Shown here piece by piece: positions 15,635-24,927 of a stretch of 64,000 bases of DNA. The DNA is from Chloroflexota bacterium. GTDB lineage: Bacteria > Chloroflexota > Anaerolineae > Anaerolineales > UBA11858. Each line of letters begins with the position of its first letter. Position 1 is the stretch's first letter. The translations under genes and the position numbers were made by a program. Under the pieces are notes generated by a model. The model did not search any database. It had not been told where the DNA came from and worked only from the letters and a program-made list of their open reading frames with translations. The stretch covers positions 17,388 to 81,387 of the forward strand of contig VGOC01000004.1 of the NCBI GenBank assembly GCA_016865865.1, written 5' to 3'.

Positions 15635-17014
15635 CTACTCTTCCTGACGCCCTCTCAAGAGGATCCGAATGGGGGTGCCGAGAAAGGGGTATGTCTCCCG
15701 GATACGGTTTTCGAGATAGCGCAGATAGGTAAAATGCGCCAACTCCGGATCGTTGACGTGTAGGACGAAGGTGGGCGGGTCGTTGCTCACCTGCGCCCCA
15801 TAGAAGATCTTCAGGGGACGTCCGGCTTTGGATGGCGGGGGGTGTTGAGCGAAGGCATCGCGCAGCAAGCGATTCAGCCTGCCGGTAGAAAGCCGCGCCA
15901 GGCGCTCCTCTTGCACCTGCAAGGCCATGGGGAGAATCTTATGAACTCTCTGCCCGGTTTTGGCGGAGATGAACAACACCGGCACGTAATCCAGAAAGTT
16001 CAACTCGTGGCGGATATGCCAGGTGTAATCCTCGATGGTGTGGGTATCCTTCGGGATGGCATCCCATTTGTTGACCAGGACGACGGCGCTCTTCCAGGCG
16101 TCGAGAATATACCCGGCGATATGGGTATCCTGCGCGGTGATGCCCTGGATTGCATCGAGCATCAACAAGGCCACATCCGAGCGGCGGATAGCCTGCATGG
16201 AGCGCAGCACACTATATTTTTCCACCCCTGGATATATCTTGCCGCGGCGGCGAATCCCAGCGGTATCAATGAGCGTGATCGGCATCTGGTGATACGTCAG
16301 ACGAGTGTCTATGGCGTCGCGCGTGGTCCCGGGGATGGGGCTGACGATGGCGCGTTCTTCTCTGGCCAGGCGATTGAGCAGCGTGGATTTTCCCACATTG
16401 GGCTTGCCGACGATCGAGATTTTAATCGAGTCTTCTTCTTGTTCCCCCACCCAGAGTTCGAAGGCAGCAACCAGGGCATCCAATAAGTCGCCAATGCCTT
16501 GTCCATGAAGGGCCGAGATAGGGTAAGGCTCCCCCATGCCCAATTCGTAGAATTCGTATACCTGATCCCTGCTGGCTTGGCTCTCGCATTTATTCACCAC
16601 CAACAAGATCGGCGGCCAGGGCCGTCCATCCTGTTCGCGCTGCTGCTTCCGTAATATTTGGGCGATCTCCTGGTCAGCTGGGGTAACGCCGCCTTGCACA
16701 TCGGCGACGAATAAGATCGCATCAGCCTCATGGATGGCGATCTCGGCCTGGGCGCGGATCTCCGCGATGAACTCGGCCGAGCCAATCGAAAGGGGGGCTT
16801 GCTTCTTCCCTGGGCTGACCTGGGTTGGATCAATCCCGCCGGTATCCACGATATCGAAGACATACCCGCCCCACTCGGCTTCGGCCATCAAGCGGTCGCG
16901 CGTTGTGCCGGGAATATCGTCTACAACAGCCAGACGCTCGCGGGCCAGACGGTTGAATAGCGTACTTTTACCGACGTTTGGACGTCCTACCAGGGCTACA
17001 ACGGGTTTAGCCAT
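15635..17014 (-). CDS. der: Ribosome-associated GTPase Der (EngA)
   Basis: Two tandem GTPase domains (GRPNVGKSTLFN and GKPNVGKSTLLN) plus a KH-like C-terminus. Confidence 0.95.
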   Translation of the reverse strand: MAKPVVALVGRPNVGKSTLFNRLARERLAVVDDIPGTTRDRLMAEAEWGGYVFDIVDTGGIDPTQVSPGKKQAPLSIGSAEFIAEIRAQAEIAIHEADAILFVADVQGGVTPADQEIAQILRKQQREQDGRPWPPILLVVNKCESQASRDQVYEFYELGMGEPYPISALHGQGIGDLLDALVAAFELWVGEQEEDSIKISIVGKPNVGKSTLLNRLAREERAIVSPIPGTTRDAIDTRLTYHQMPITLIDTAGIRRRGKIYPGVEKYSVLRSMQAIRRSDVALLMLDAIQGITAQDTHIAGYILDAWKSAVVLVNKWDAIPKDTHTIEDYTWHIRHELNFLDYVPVLFISAKTGQRVHKILPMALQVQEERLARLSTGRLNRLLRDAFAQHPPPSKAGRPLKIFYGAQVSNDPPTFVLHVNDPELAHFTYLRYLENRIRETYPFLGTPIRILLRGRQEE

Positions 17015-17024
17015 ACGAGGAAAC

Positions 17025-18281
17025 TCAGGGCGCAGAGGTTGGCGTGGCTTCTCCGACCGGGGTGATCTCCACTTCGATATTCTGTGGGGAAACCGCCTCG
17101 GCTCGTATCCGTTCGGGTAAGATGACCACCTGAGGGGTAAGCTGGTGCATCCCCGCCTCGAGGCCAGTCAAATCTACAACCACTCGCACATCGGTTTCGG
17201 CCAGCGCGTCCAATTCGGGCAGCGGTCCAAATAAAATCACATCAACCGAGTCTGGGGCAACCTTTGCCTGCAACTCCGGGTGGAGGCCAATCGTTTCCAC
17301 CAGGCGGATGATCTTCAGATTGCCTTCCATGGCAGCGATGCCCACCTGTACCAGTACGTTGGGGTCGCCAATCACGGAAACTCCTTCGGGTAAGTTCAAC
17401 CCCAAGATAGTTTCGATATCATCGAAAGAGCCGTTCAAATCCAGAGGGTTCGTCTCGACATAGCCCGGTAATTGATCAACCACGGCAGGGTTGGCAGAAA
17501 ATACCATCACATTTGGCGGAGAGACCGAGATGCTCGTCTGACGATATCCATTGGCGACCTGGCCTGTCGTGACCACCTTCACCACCATGTTGCGGTATCC
17601 ACCTTTGAGGGTGATCGTCTGAACGACGCCGATCTCACTGGGGGTCAAGATGACGCCCGAAACGACATTGCCTGCCTCATCATAGGCGAAAAGATTAAGA
17701 TTTCGCTCGATGGTTTCCTCAGCCCCGCTGATGCTCAAGGATGTCTTGACGGTTACCACCTGTTCCACCTGCGAGGCGCGCCCCGAGACCGTGACCTGGG
17801 CATGACTCCATTCAGGGGGGCTGGCCTGATACCCCAGGGTTGGCTCTCCAGTGACTTCTGTTCGAATAGGAAGCGTTTTAGAAATCAGCTCTTCCAGGGT
17901 GATGGTTACCGTCCCGGGATCGATGGCGACAGTGCGCACAGGACGAAACCTGGAGTCGATCTGATATTGCATGGGCATGGTATGAACTCCCGACTCCAGC
18001 CCTGATAGGTCCACCCAGGCCTGTATCGCACCAGTTTCTTTTTCGATCTGATCTAAGATGCTGCGTGGCGCCAGTAGGGTCAGGCGCAACTTGTCGGGAA
18101 GATCGCTGGTGATCTCGAGGTTCGAGGCCAGGCCTATCATATCTACCGTCACCGAATAGATTTGTTCCTGGTTCGGGTCAGCGGAGGTCACCGCGGCCAC
18201 CCAGACGATCAGTCCAAGAATCAGGGCTAACAGGAAGGTGCTGAAATTTCGAACCAGCCAACGAGGGAGACGAGATTTCAT
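17025..18281 (-). CDS. cdaR: YbbR-domain protein (CdaR-like regulator of diadenylate cyclase)
   Basis: An N-terminal TM helix is followed by repeated YbbR-like beta-rich modules. It has an ATGA overlap with the cdaA stop codon. Confidence 0.7.
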   Translation of the reverse strand: MKSRLPRWLVRNFSTFLLALILGLIVWVAAVTSADPNQEQIYSVTVDMIGLASNLEITSDLPDKLRLTLLAPRSILDQIEKETGAIQAWVDLSGLESGVHTMPMQYQIDSRFRPVRTVAIDPGTVTITLEELISKTLPIRTEVTGEPTLGYQASPPEWSHAQVTVSGRASQVEQVVTVKTSLSISGAEETIERNLNLFAYDEAGNVVSGVILTPSEIGVVQTITLKGGYRNMVVKVVTTGQVANGYRQTSISVSPPNVMVFSANPAVVDQLPGYVETNPLDLNGSFDDIETILGLNLPEGVSVIGDPNVLVQVGIAAMEGNLKIIRLVETIGLHPELQAKVAPDSVDVILFGPLPELDALAETDVRVVVDLTGLEAGMHQLTPQVVILPERIRAEAVSPQNIEVEITPVGEATPTSAP

Positions 18282-19135
18282 GGACGACCCTCCCAACGGC
18301 TGGATTCTGCATCAGCGAAGAACCGTTTGAAGAAGGCTTTCAAGGGATTCTTTTCTCTGGCGGGCTGGAAGAAAGTCCGCAGGATCGTCTTCAGACGTTC
18401 GCCCGTGAGATTGCTGATCATTCTACCCTGATGGGTAATCGAAATAACGCCGGTCTCTTCCGACACGACCACAGCGACCGCATCGCCGAACTCCGAGGCG
18501 CCCAAGGCCGCACGGTGCCGAAGCCCCATCGCTCGGTCGGGTGTGCTGGTCAAACTGCCGCTGGAGGATAGGGGCATCACACATGAGGCCGCCAAGACAT
18601 GATCTCCCTTGATGATCACAGCGCCGTCATGCAAAGGGGTATTGGGATAGAAAATCTGTAACAGCAACTCTGGCGTAACAAGGGCGTTCAGGGAAACCCC
18701 TGTTTCCACATAATCCTGCAAATTATCGGAGCGTTGCAGGACGATCAAGGCGCCATGGTTGCGATCAGCCAGACGGGTGACGGCTGTGACCAGGTCATCT
18801 ATCATATCCCCATTTTCCCTCGACCGTCGGGTAACGATTGCCCCAGTACGACCAATGCGTTCCAAAGCGCGGCGAATCTCAGGAGCAAAGATCACCGGGA
18901 TTGCCAAAAAGAGGGCCGGAAGCGCGCTGCTTACCAGCCAGGAAAAAGCTGGCAGAACTTCGAGGCTGGCCAGTATGCCGAGCAAAGTGATGAGCAATAA
19001 CCCGCCTCGTAGCAAGACCGCGGCCTGCGTATCGCGCAACAAGAGCAGAATCACGAAGAATATTGCCGTGACCAGCAATATATCAATGACCCCAAACCAA
19101 TCCAGACGTTCGAAAATAAAAATCAAGTAATCCAT
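18278..19135 (-). CDS. cdaA: Diadenylate cyclase CdaA
   Basis: Three N-terminal TM helices are followed by a DAC domain (HGALIVLQR, TPLHDGAVII, GLRHRAALG, ETGVISI). Confidence 0.9.
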   Translation of the reverse strand: MDYLIFIFERLDWFGVIDILLVTAIFFVILLLLRDTQAAVLLRGGLLLITLLGILASLEVLPAFSWLVSSALPALFLAIPVIFAPEIRRALERIGRTGAIVTRRSRENGDMIDDLVTAVTRLADRNHGALIVLQRSDNLQDYVETGVSLNALVTPELLLQIFYPNTPLHDGAVIIKGDHVLAASCVMPLSSSGSLTSTPDRAMGLRHRAALGASEFGDAVAVVVSEETGVISITHQGRMISNLTGERLKTILRTFFQPAREKNPLKAFFKRFFADAESSRWEGRP

Positions 19136-19138
19136 CGC

Positions 19139-20278
19139 TCAGACAGGGCGCAATACTCGATCCTCGCGCATTTGTTTGAAATACAATACCGTCCCAGGAG
19201 GCATAGACTCCATGGCGGCCTCCTGCCAGGCGCGTACGCTCAAAGCCTTAACGGTGCGAGCCGAATATCCCAATTCTTGCCAGACGTCAGTATGTCTGGC
19301 TACATCGGGGGACAAGAACAATAAAGCAGCCTCACACAATAGATCTTTAGAAGCAACCTCGACTTCCTCGATCATCGCCCTGACAGCATCAGCGATGGGC
19401 ACTTTGTCGCCAATCAGGACATCATCCACCCGCACAACCAGGTTTTCTACCTGCCACCCCATAAGCCCAGCAATATCTCCACCAGCTTTCAGTAGCATAA
19501 ACGCTTTCTCACCAAAAGCAGCCATCACATCCGTTCGAGTCATAAGGCGCTCGCCCTCGCTCATCCGGGTAATGAATTCGGCGATTTCTTCCGCCTCGGC
19601 TGGGCCAGCACGCTGAACGGTCAACTCTTTGACAAAAACATGTTCGACATGCTTAACAGGTTTGGATACGACTAACACTGGGACGGATTGCTGCCATGCG
19701 GCTATTACTTCTTCCCAGGTTTGTTCGAATGAATCGCTGTTATGAATCACTATATCGGCTGCCTCGAGCTTTGCCTCTTGAGGCTCCTGAGCCAAGACGC
19801 GGCTACGAGCCATATCTTCCGTCATGCCGCGTCGTTGGATCAGGCGCGCGATTTGTATTTCGGGGGATGCATCGGTGACCCAAATCGCATCACAAAGGGT
19901 ATGCAAGTCGCTTTCTAGGAGTTTGATCGCTTCGATAACGATCACTCGATGTGTGGTATGGCGAATCAATATATCTATCGCCTGACGCACCAGCGGGTGG
20001 ATGATCTTCTCCAAAGAAGCCATCGCTTCAGGATTCGGAAATACGAGCCGGCTTAATTTCTTCCGGTCGATTTGTCCATCAGGGGTCAGAATCCACTTAC
20101 CAAACAAGTCTACTACCTGTTCGTATCCAGGCGCTGCTTTCATGATCGTGCGATGGCTCAAAGTATCTGCATCTATGCCATACGCACCAAGGTGTTCCAT
20201 CATTTTACGGACCACGCTCTTTCCGGTAGCGATATTTCCGGTCAATCCAATCACATATTTATCGGGCCACGCGCTCAT
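19139..20278 (-). CDS. coaE: Dephospho-CoA kinase fused to a C-terminal domain of about 175 aa with unknown function
   Basis: The N-terminal region of about 200 aa carries the P-loop GLTGNIATGKS and is CoaE-like. The C-terminal half has no motif I can name. Confidence 0.8.
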   Translation of the reverse strand: MSAWPDKYVIGLTGNIATGKSVVRKMMEHLGAYGIDADTLSHRTIMKAAPGYEQVVDLFGKWILTPDGQIDRKKLSRLVFPNPEAMASLEKIIHPLVRQAIDILIRHTTHRVIVIEAIKLLESDLHTLCDAIWVTDASPEIQIARLIQRRGMTEDMARSRVLAQEPQEAKLEAADIVIHNSDSFEQTWEEVIAAWQQSVPVLVVSKPVKHVEHVFVKELTVQRAGPAEAEEIAEFITRMSEGERLMTRTDVMAAFGEKAFMLLKAGGDIAGLMGWQVENLVVRVDDVLIGDKVPIADAVRAMIEEVEVASKDLLCEAALLFLSPDVARHTDVWQELGYSARTVKALSVRAWQEAAMESMPPGTVLYFKQMREDRVLRPV

Positions 20279-20336
20279 AAGTTCTCCTCAGCACTTGGAA
20301 AGAATCTCCCTGGCCTGGTAATTTTCTTCTAAGATC

Positions 20337-20447
20337 GTAACTGCTCAGCCATCGAACGGATTAGCCCGAAAAAAGGGTGTGCGAAGGGGGCGCAGCCCCC
20401 TTCGCACACCCTTTTTCGGGAACTTCCCCGTTTGGCTGAGTAGTTAC
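20337..20447. mobile_element. MITE-like nested palindrome, family A, copy A3 (111 bp)
   Basis: It has the same termini and architecture as A2. It is flanked by the 8 bp direct repeat CTAAGATC (20329-20336 and 20448-20455). Confidence 0.75.
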
Positions 20448-20502
20448 CTAAGATCACACACATTTTAGTCGGGGCAATACAGAATGTCAAAGGAAGCTTG
20501 TG

Positions 20503-20549
20503 AAAAAAGGGTGTGCGGGGCGCACACGCACCCTGCACACCCTTTTTCC
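20503..20549 (-). terminator. Terminator-like hairpin after oppF (core-only relative of repeat family A)
   Basis: AAAAAAGGGTGTGC...GCACACCCTTTTT. On the minus strand the stem is followed by a T-tract, 30 nt after the stop codon at 20580. Confidence 0.55.
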
Positions 20550-20579
20550 CGGAGGACGGGCAGAGAGAAAGAAACGCAA

Positions 20580-21599
20580 CTAATCCAAGAATTGCTCAGC
20601 GTAATGGCAGGCGACTGCATGATCTGGTCGCAGTTGGCGCAGTTCGGGTTCATCCACAGCGCAGTTTTCCTGAGCAAGGGGGCAACGCGGGTGGAAACGG
20701 CAGCCCGGCGGCGGATTGAGCGGGCTTGGCACATCGCCAGTCAAAATGATGCGTTCGCGCTTCATGGTTGGATCGGGAATTGGGATAGCGGACATCAACG
20801 CCTGAGTATACGGGTGAATCGGCTTACCAAAGAGGTCATCCCTGGGAGCCATCTCAGCGATCTTCCCCAGATACATCACTGCCACGCGGTCGGAGATGTG
20901 CTCGACCACGGCCAAATTATGAGCCACAAACAGATAAGTCAGGCCAAACTCTTTTTGAAGGTCTTTCAACAGATTCAATACCTGGGCCTGGATAGACACA
21001 TCCAACGCCGAGACAGGTTCATCTAAAACGATGAATTTAGGCTGCATAGCCAATGCGCGGGCAATGCCAATGCGCTGGCGTTGACCGCCGGAAAATTCGT
21101 GGGGATAGCGGTTGGCATGGTAATCTTCCAAACCGACCTTGCGGAGCATCTGCATTACTTTATCCACGCGTTCTTTGCCATTGCCCATGCCATGGATTTT
21201 CAAGCCTTCAGCCACAGATTCACCAATTGGCAGGCGAGGATCGAGCGAGGCATACGGATCCTGGAATACGATCTGCATCTGACGGCGCATCTCTTTGAGT
21301 TCTTTTCCCTGAAGCCGGAATACATCAACATCATCGAAGAAAACCGAGCCGCCAGTTGGCGGAACCAGACGAAGCATGGTGTGCCCGGCGGTCGTTTTTC
21401 CACAACCCGACTCGCCTACCAGACTGAGCGTTTCGCCCTCCTTGATGGTGAAACTAATATCGTCCACTGCTTTGACCCAGGCAACGATCCGACGGAATAC
21501 GCCGCCCCGTACAGCATAATACTTCACCAGGTTCTTCACCCGAATTAGATCTCTATTTTTCCCGTTCGAATTTGTAGTTTGTTTCGCCATAATCATCAC
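20580..21599 (-). CDS. Oligopeptide/dipeptide ABC transporter ATP-binding protein (OppF/DppF type)
   Basis: Walker A GESGCGKTT, signature FSGGQRQR, Walker B IVLDEP, and an oligopeptide C-terminal extension. Confidence 0.9.
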   Translation of the reverse strand: MMIMAKQTTNSNGKNRDLIRVKNLVKYYAVRGGVFRRIVAWVKAVDDISFTIKEGETLSLVGESGCGKTTAGHTMLRLVPPTGGSVFFDDVDVFRLQGKELKEMRRQMQIVFQDPYASLDPRLPIGESVAEGLKIHGMGNGKERVDKVMQMLRKVGLEDYHANRYPHEFSGGQRQRIGIARALAMQPKFIVLDEPVSALDVSIQAQVLNLLKDLQKEFGLTYLFVAHNLAVVEHISDRVAVMYLGKIAEMAPRDDLFGKPIHPYTQALMSAIPIPDPTMKRERIILTGDVPSPLNPPPGCRFHPRCPLAQENCAVDEPELRQLRPDHAVACHYAEQFLD

Positions 21600-21614
21600 T
21601 GAGAGGAAAACCTG

Positions 21615-22646
21615 CTATTTCAACGGAGCTTTGTGATCTTCGTAATCTTGAAAAAGCCAGCAGCGCGCCGTATGTTCCGGGCCAACCAGGGTCAAGTCTG
21701 GTTCAACTTTAGTACAGATACCCAGGCCATACTCTGCTCTGGCTTCGCATCGGGAAGCAAAACGACATCCGGGGGGCAGCCCAATCAGGTTGGGGACATT
21801 TCCGGGAATAACCGCCAGCTCATCTTTCACTTTGCCGAGCACAGGCACCGAGGTGATCAATCCGTTGGTATAGGGGTGAGCAGGATTCCGAAACAAGGAT
21901 TTGACATCGGTCTGTTCGACGATGCGTCCTGCGTACATCACCGCCACCCGGTCGGCCATCTCGGCGATCAGGCCCAGGTCGTGGGTGATCAAAATCACCG
22001 AAGTGCCCAGCCGGTTCCTGAGATCCCGCATCAAATCCAGGATCTGGGCCTGGATGGTCACATCCAGGGCGGTGGTCGGTTCGTCAGCGATGAGCAGCCT
22101 CGGCTTGAGCGCCAGCGCCATGGCAATCATCACCCGTTGAGCCTGCCCGCCGGACATTTCATGCGGATAAGCATGAGATTTTTCTTCCACATCCGGGATG
22201 CCGACCAGTTTCAAGAGATCCACGGCATGTTCCCAGGCTTCATCTTTTTTCATTTTTCGGTGGATGCGAAACACCTCGGCAACCTGCGCGCCAACTGTAA
22301 ACACGGGATTAAGGCTCGATTGAGGCTGCTGAAAAATCATCGAGATCAGATTCCCCCGCATATCCACCATTTCAGCCTCTGTGAGTTCGAGCACATTTCG
22401 GCCATCGAAATAGATTTCACCAGCGACGATCTTGCCAGGTTGATCTACCAATCTAAGCACGGAGAATGAGGTCACACTTTTTCCACAACCGGATTCGCCC
22501 ACCAGCCCCAGGATTTCTCCAGGCTGCACATGAAAATCAACGCCATCCACAGCTTTGACGACGCCATCATCGGTGTAGAAATAGGTCTTGAGGTTACAGA
22601 CTTCTAATAGAGGTCGGGAGATGTTATTGGTCACGATACGCTCCAT
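21615..22646 (-). CDS. Oligopeptide/dipeptide ABC transporter ATP-binding protein (OppD/DppD type)
   Basis: Walker A GESGCGKSV, signature MSGGQAQR, Walker B LIADEPTT. Confidence 0.9.
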   Translation of the reverse strand: MERIVTNNISRPLLEVCNLKTYFYTDDGVVKAVDGVDFHVQPGEILGLVGESGCGKSVTSFSVLRLVDQPGKIVAGEIYFDGRNVLELTEAEMVDMRGNLISMIFQQPQSSLNPVFTVGAQVAEVFRIHRKMKKDEAWEHAVDLLKLVGIPDVEEKSHAYPHEMSGGQAQRVMIAMALALKPRLLIADEPTTALDVTIQAQILDLMRDLRNRLGTSVILITHDLGLIAEMADRVAVMYAGRIVEQTDVKSLFRNPAHPYTNGLITSVPVLGKVKDELAVIPGNVPNLIGLPPGCRFASRCEARAEYGLGICTKVEPDLTLVGPEHTARCWLFQDYEDHKAPLK

Positions 22647-22650
22647 CCGA

Positions 22651-23640
22651 TCATTGTTTCAAACGCGGGTCGATGGCGTCGCGCAGACCATCACCTAATA
22701 AATTGAAGGATAAGACAGTGATCATGATTGCTAATCCAGGGAAGAAAACCAGGTGAGGCGCGGTGAATACCTGGTTGCGTTCTGACCCTAACATGGTACC
22801 CCATTCTGGGGTAGGAGGTTGCGCGCCTAACCCTAAGAATGACAGGGCTGCTGCTTCCAGAATGGCGGTTGCGATCCCCAGGGTCCCCTGCACGATCAAT
22901 GGGGGGATGGCGTTGGGCAAGATACGCAGAAACAGGATATGGAATTGTCCGCCACCCAAAGCTCGCGAAGCGGAAACGAATTCTTGCTCCTTGACTGAAA
23001 GCACGCTGGCTCTCACCACCCTGGCATAAACCGGGATCGTTACGATTGCGATGGCCAGCAGCGCATTTTGTAATCCCCGGCCTAGCACAGAAACGATCGC
23101 AATAGCCAGCAAGAGCGAAGGGAAGGCCAATAACACATCCATGAAGCGCATGATGATGTTATCCACCCAACCCCCGAGAAAACCTCCCACCGCGCCGAGC
23201 AGGGTCCCGACGATAATCGCAAAGCCTACTGTTGTGAACCCGATGAACAATGATACCCGCGTGCCGTAAATCACCCGGCTGAAAACATCGCGCACATTTC
23301 CATCAATGCCAAGAATATGCTGAGGCTGATCTTCGGGACAGCCCAGCAAATGAATGCATGGCGAGTCTCGTTTGGATACCTCCTCTTTGCCTATCAGCAC
23401 TTCTTCCGGGTCATAAGGGGCAATGAGCGGGGCAAATATTGCGACCAGGATCAACAAACCCAGCATTATTCCCCCGACAATTGCATTTCGCTGGCGGAAG
23501 ATCCGCCGCATGGTAAGCCGGGCGAGGCTATTGGATCGGTAATCCTTCTCGGTGGTGTTTGGCTCCGGAACCTTACCAGCAACAACACCATCCATGTATT
23601 GATCCATATCGAGTGATTTCTCAGCAGGCATATTGGTCAT
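22651..23640 (-). CDS. Oligopeptide/dipeptide ABC transporter permease (OppC/DppC type)
   Basis: BPD-type permease carrying an EAA-like loop (ASRALGGGQFHILFLRILPNA). The start is taken at the ATG at 23640, just after the oppB stop. Confidence 0.85.
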   Translation of the reverse strand: MTNMPAEKSLDMDQYMDGVVAGKVPEPNTTEKDYRSNSLARLTMRRIFRQRNAIVGGIMLGLLILVAIFAPLIAPYDPEEVLIGKEEVSKRDSPCIHLLGCPEDQPQHILGIDGNVRDVFSRVIYGTRVSLFIGFTTVGFAIIVGTLLGAVGGFLGGWVDNIIMRFMDVLLAFPSLLLAIAIVSVLGRGLQNALLAIAIVTIPVYARVVRASVLSVKEQEFVSASRALGGGQFHILFLRILPNAIPPLIVQGTLGIATAILEAAALSFLGLGAQPPTPEWGTMLGSERNQVFTAPHLVFFPGLAIMITVLSFNLLGDGLRDAIDPRLKQ

Positions 23641-23647
23641 AAGATGT

Positions 23648-24727
23648 TCATTCCAGTTTAATGCGAGGATCAATAAAAACGTATGATAGATCAACGATCA
23701 AATTGACAGCTACATAGCCAACAGCAATGGCTACCGTAAATGCCTGGACGATAGGGAAGTCACGCGCCGTGATCGCTTCGAAGAGCATCCGGCCTACCCC
23801 GGCAATGCTGAAGATCGATTCGGTCAGTACGGCGCCGGCGAAAAGCGTGCCGACCTGCAAGCCGATAATCGTGGCGATGGGTAACAGAGCATTCCGGAAG
23901 GCATGTTTCAAGATGACAATACGTTCGAACAGGCCCTTGGCGCGCGCTGTGCGGATATAGTCTTGCCGTAAAACCTCGAGCATACTGGAGCGAGTCATGC
24001 GGGCGATGATCGAGAGCGGGATCGTCCCCAGCGCCAGTGAGGGCAGAATAAGGTGCGTGATCGCATCTCCAAGGACTTTCCAATCCCCGGTGATAATAGA
24101 GTTCAGGATGAGCATGTTGGAGAAGAAATCTGCCAGTTGGTAACTGAAGGCGCCCTTCGTCAATCCAAGATTGAACACCTCATAGAATGGGATCGAGACT
24201 ACGCCAGCCGAGAGACGTCCGGAGGGAGGCAACCAGAAAGGCGTATCCTTGAGCACAAGAGCGAACAGATAGGCAAGCATCAATCCCAACCAATAGACCG
24301 GCATCGAAACGCCGGTATTGGCGCCGATCATCGTGGCAACATCAATGGCCGAATTCCTCCGCACAGCCGAGAACACTCCCATGGGGATGCCTACAATCGT
24401 GGCGAAAACAAGCGCGGTGAGGCCTAATTCGATCGTGGTCGGCAAACGCTCGATGAGAATTTGAGTCACAGGTCGGCTAAAACGAATCGACATGCCAAAT
24501 TCTCCTCGGGAGATCTCTTTTAGATAGATCAAAAACTGCACATAGATGGGTTTATCCAGGCCATGTTCGCGCGTAAAACGCTCGCACACTTCTGCGGAGG
24601 CTTTTTCTCCCAACATGGCTTTACAAGGGTCGCCTGGGATAGAGCGCGCCAGCACAAAAGTGACCAGCAGAATCCCAAACACGACCGGGATAGATAATAA
24701 AATGCGGCGGATGGCGTATTGAATCAT
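23648..24727 (-). CDS. Oligopeptide/dipeptide ABC transporter permease (OppB/DppB type)
   Basis: N-terminal MIQYAIRRILLSIPVVFGI..., and the motif YIRTARAKGL typical of DppB/OppB. Confidence 0.9.
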   Translation of the reverse strand: MIQYAIRRILLSIPVVFGILLVTFVLARSIPGDPCKAMLGEKASAEVCERFTREHGLDKPIYVQFLIYLKEISRGEFGMSIRFSRPVTQILIERLPTTIELGLTALVFATIVGIPMGVFSAVRRNSAIDVATMIGANTGVSMPVYWLGLMLAYLFALVLKDTPFWLPPSGRLSAGVVSIPFYEVFNLGLTKGAFSYQLADFFSNMLILNSIITGDWKVLGDAITHLILPSLALGTIPLSIIARMTRSSMLEVLRQDYIRTARAKGLFERIVILKHAFRNALLPIATIIGLQVGTLFAGAVLTESIFSIAGVGRMLFEAITARDFPIVQAFTVAIAVGYVAVNLIVDLSYVFIDPRIKLE

Positions 24728-24745
24728 AGGCTATCTCGATTGTAA

Positions 24746-24890
24746 GACAGGTTGATAACCTGTCCAGAAATTACAGTTAGCACCAAACAGGTTAGCAACC
24801 TGCTCTACGGGGGACAGGTTGACAACCTGTCCTACGAATAAAGCAACGCGGGATGGTACGCGTCTCTCAGGGAGATTGTACCATCCCGCG
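24746..24890 (-). repeat. Four intercistronic stem-loops between the binding-protein and permease genes
   Basis: Three related hairpins: GACAGGTTgatAACCTGTC (24746-24764), ACAGGTTagcAACCTG (24787-24803) and GGACAGGTTgacAACCTGTCC (24812-24832). A fourth hairpin with a 13 bp stem, CGCGGGATGGTAC...GTACCATCCCGCG, lies at 24847-24890. Confidence 0.7.
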
Positions 24891-24927
24891 AGTTAGTCAT
24901 TCACCTAAAAAACGGCAGGCGATGATT

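Noticed and set aside
20329-20538. 69 aa minus-strand ORF, with overlapping ORFs at 20465-20734 and 20484-21026
   Set aside because: They are composed of the MITE copy A3 and the adjacent core-only repeat. The MAEQL peptide is encoded by the conserved element terminus and recurs wherever the element is inserted.
24746-24832. Possible small CRISPR-like array (three similar repeats)
   Set aside because: The repeats are only 17-21 nt and each is itself a hairpin. The spacers are 22 and 8 nt. There are no cas genes, and the location is inside an operon. It is better explained as REP-like stem-loops.
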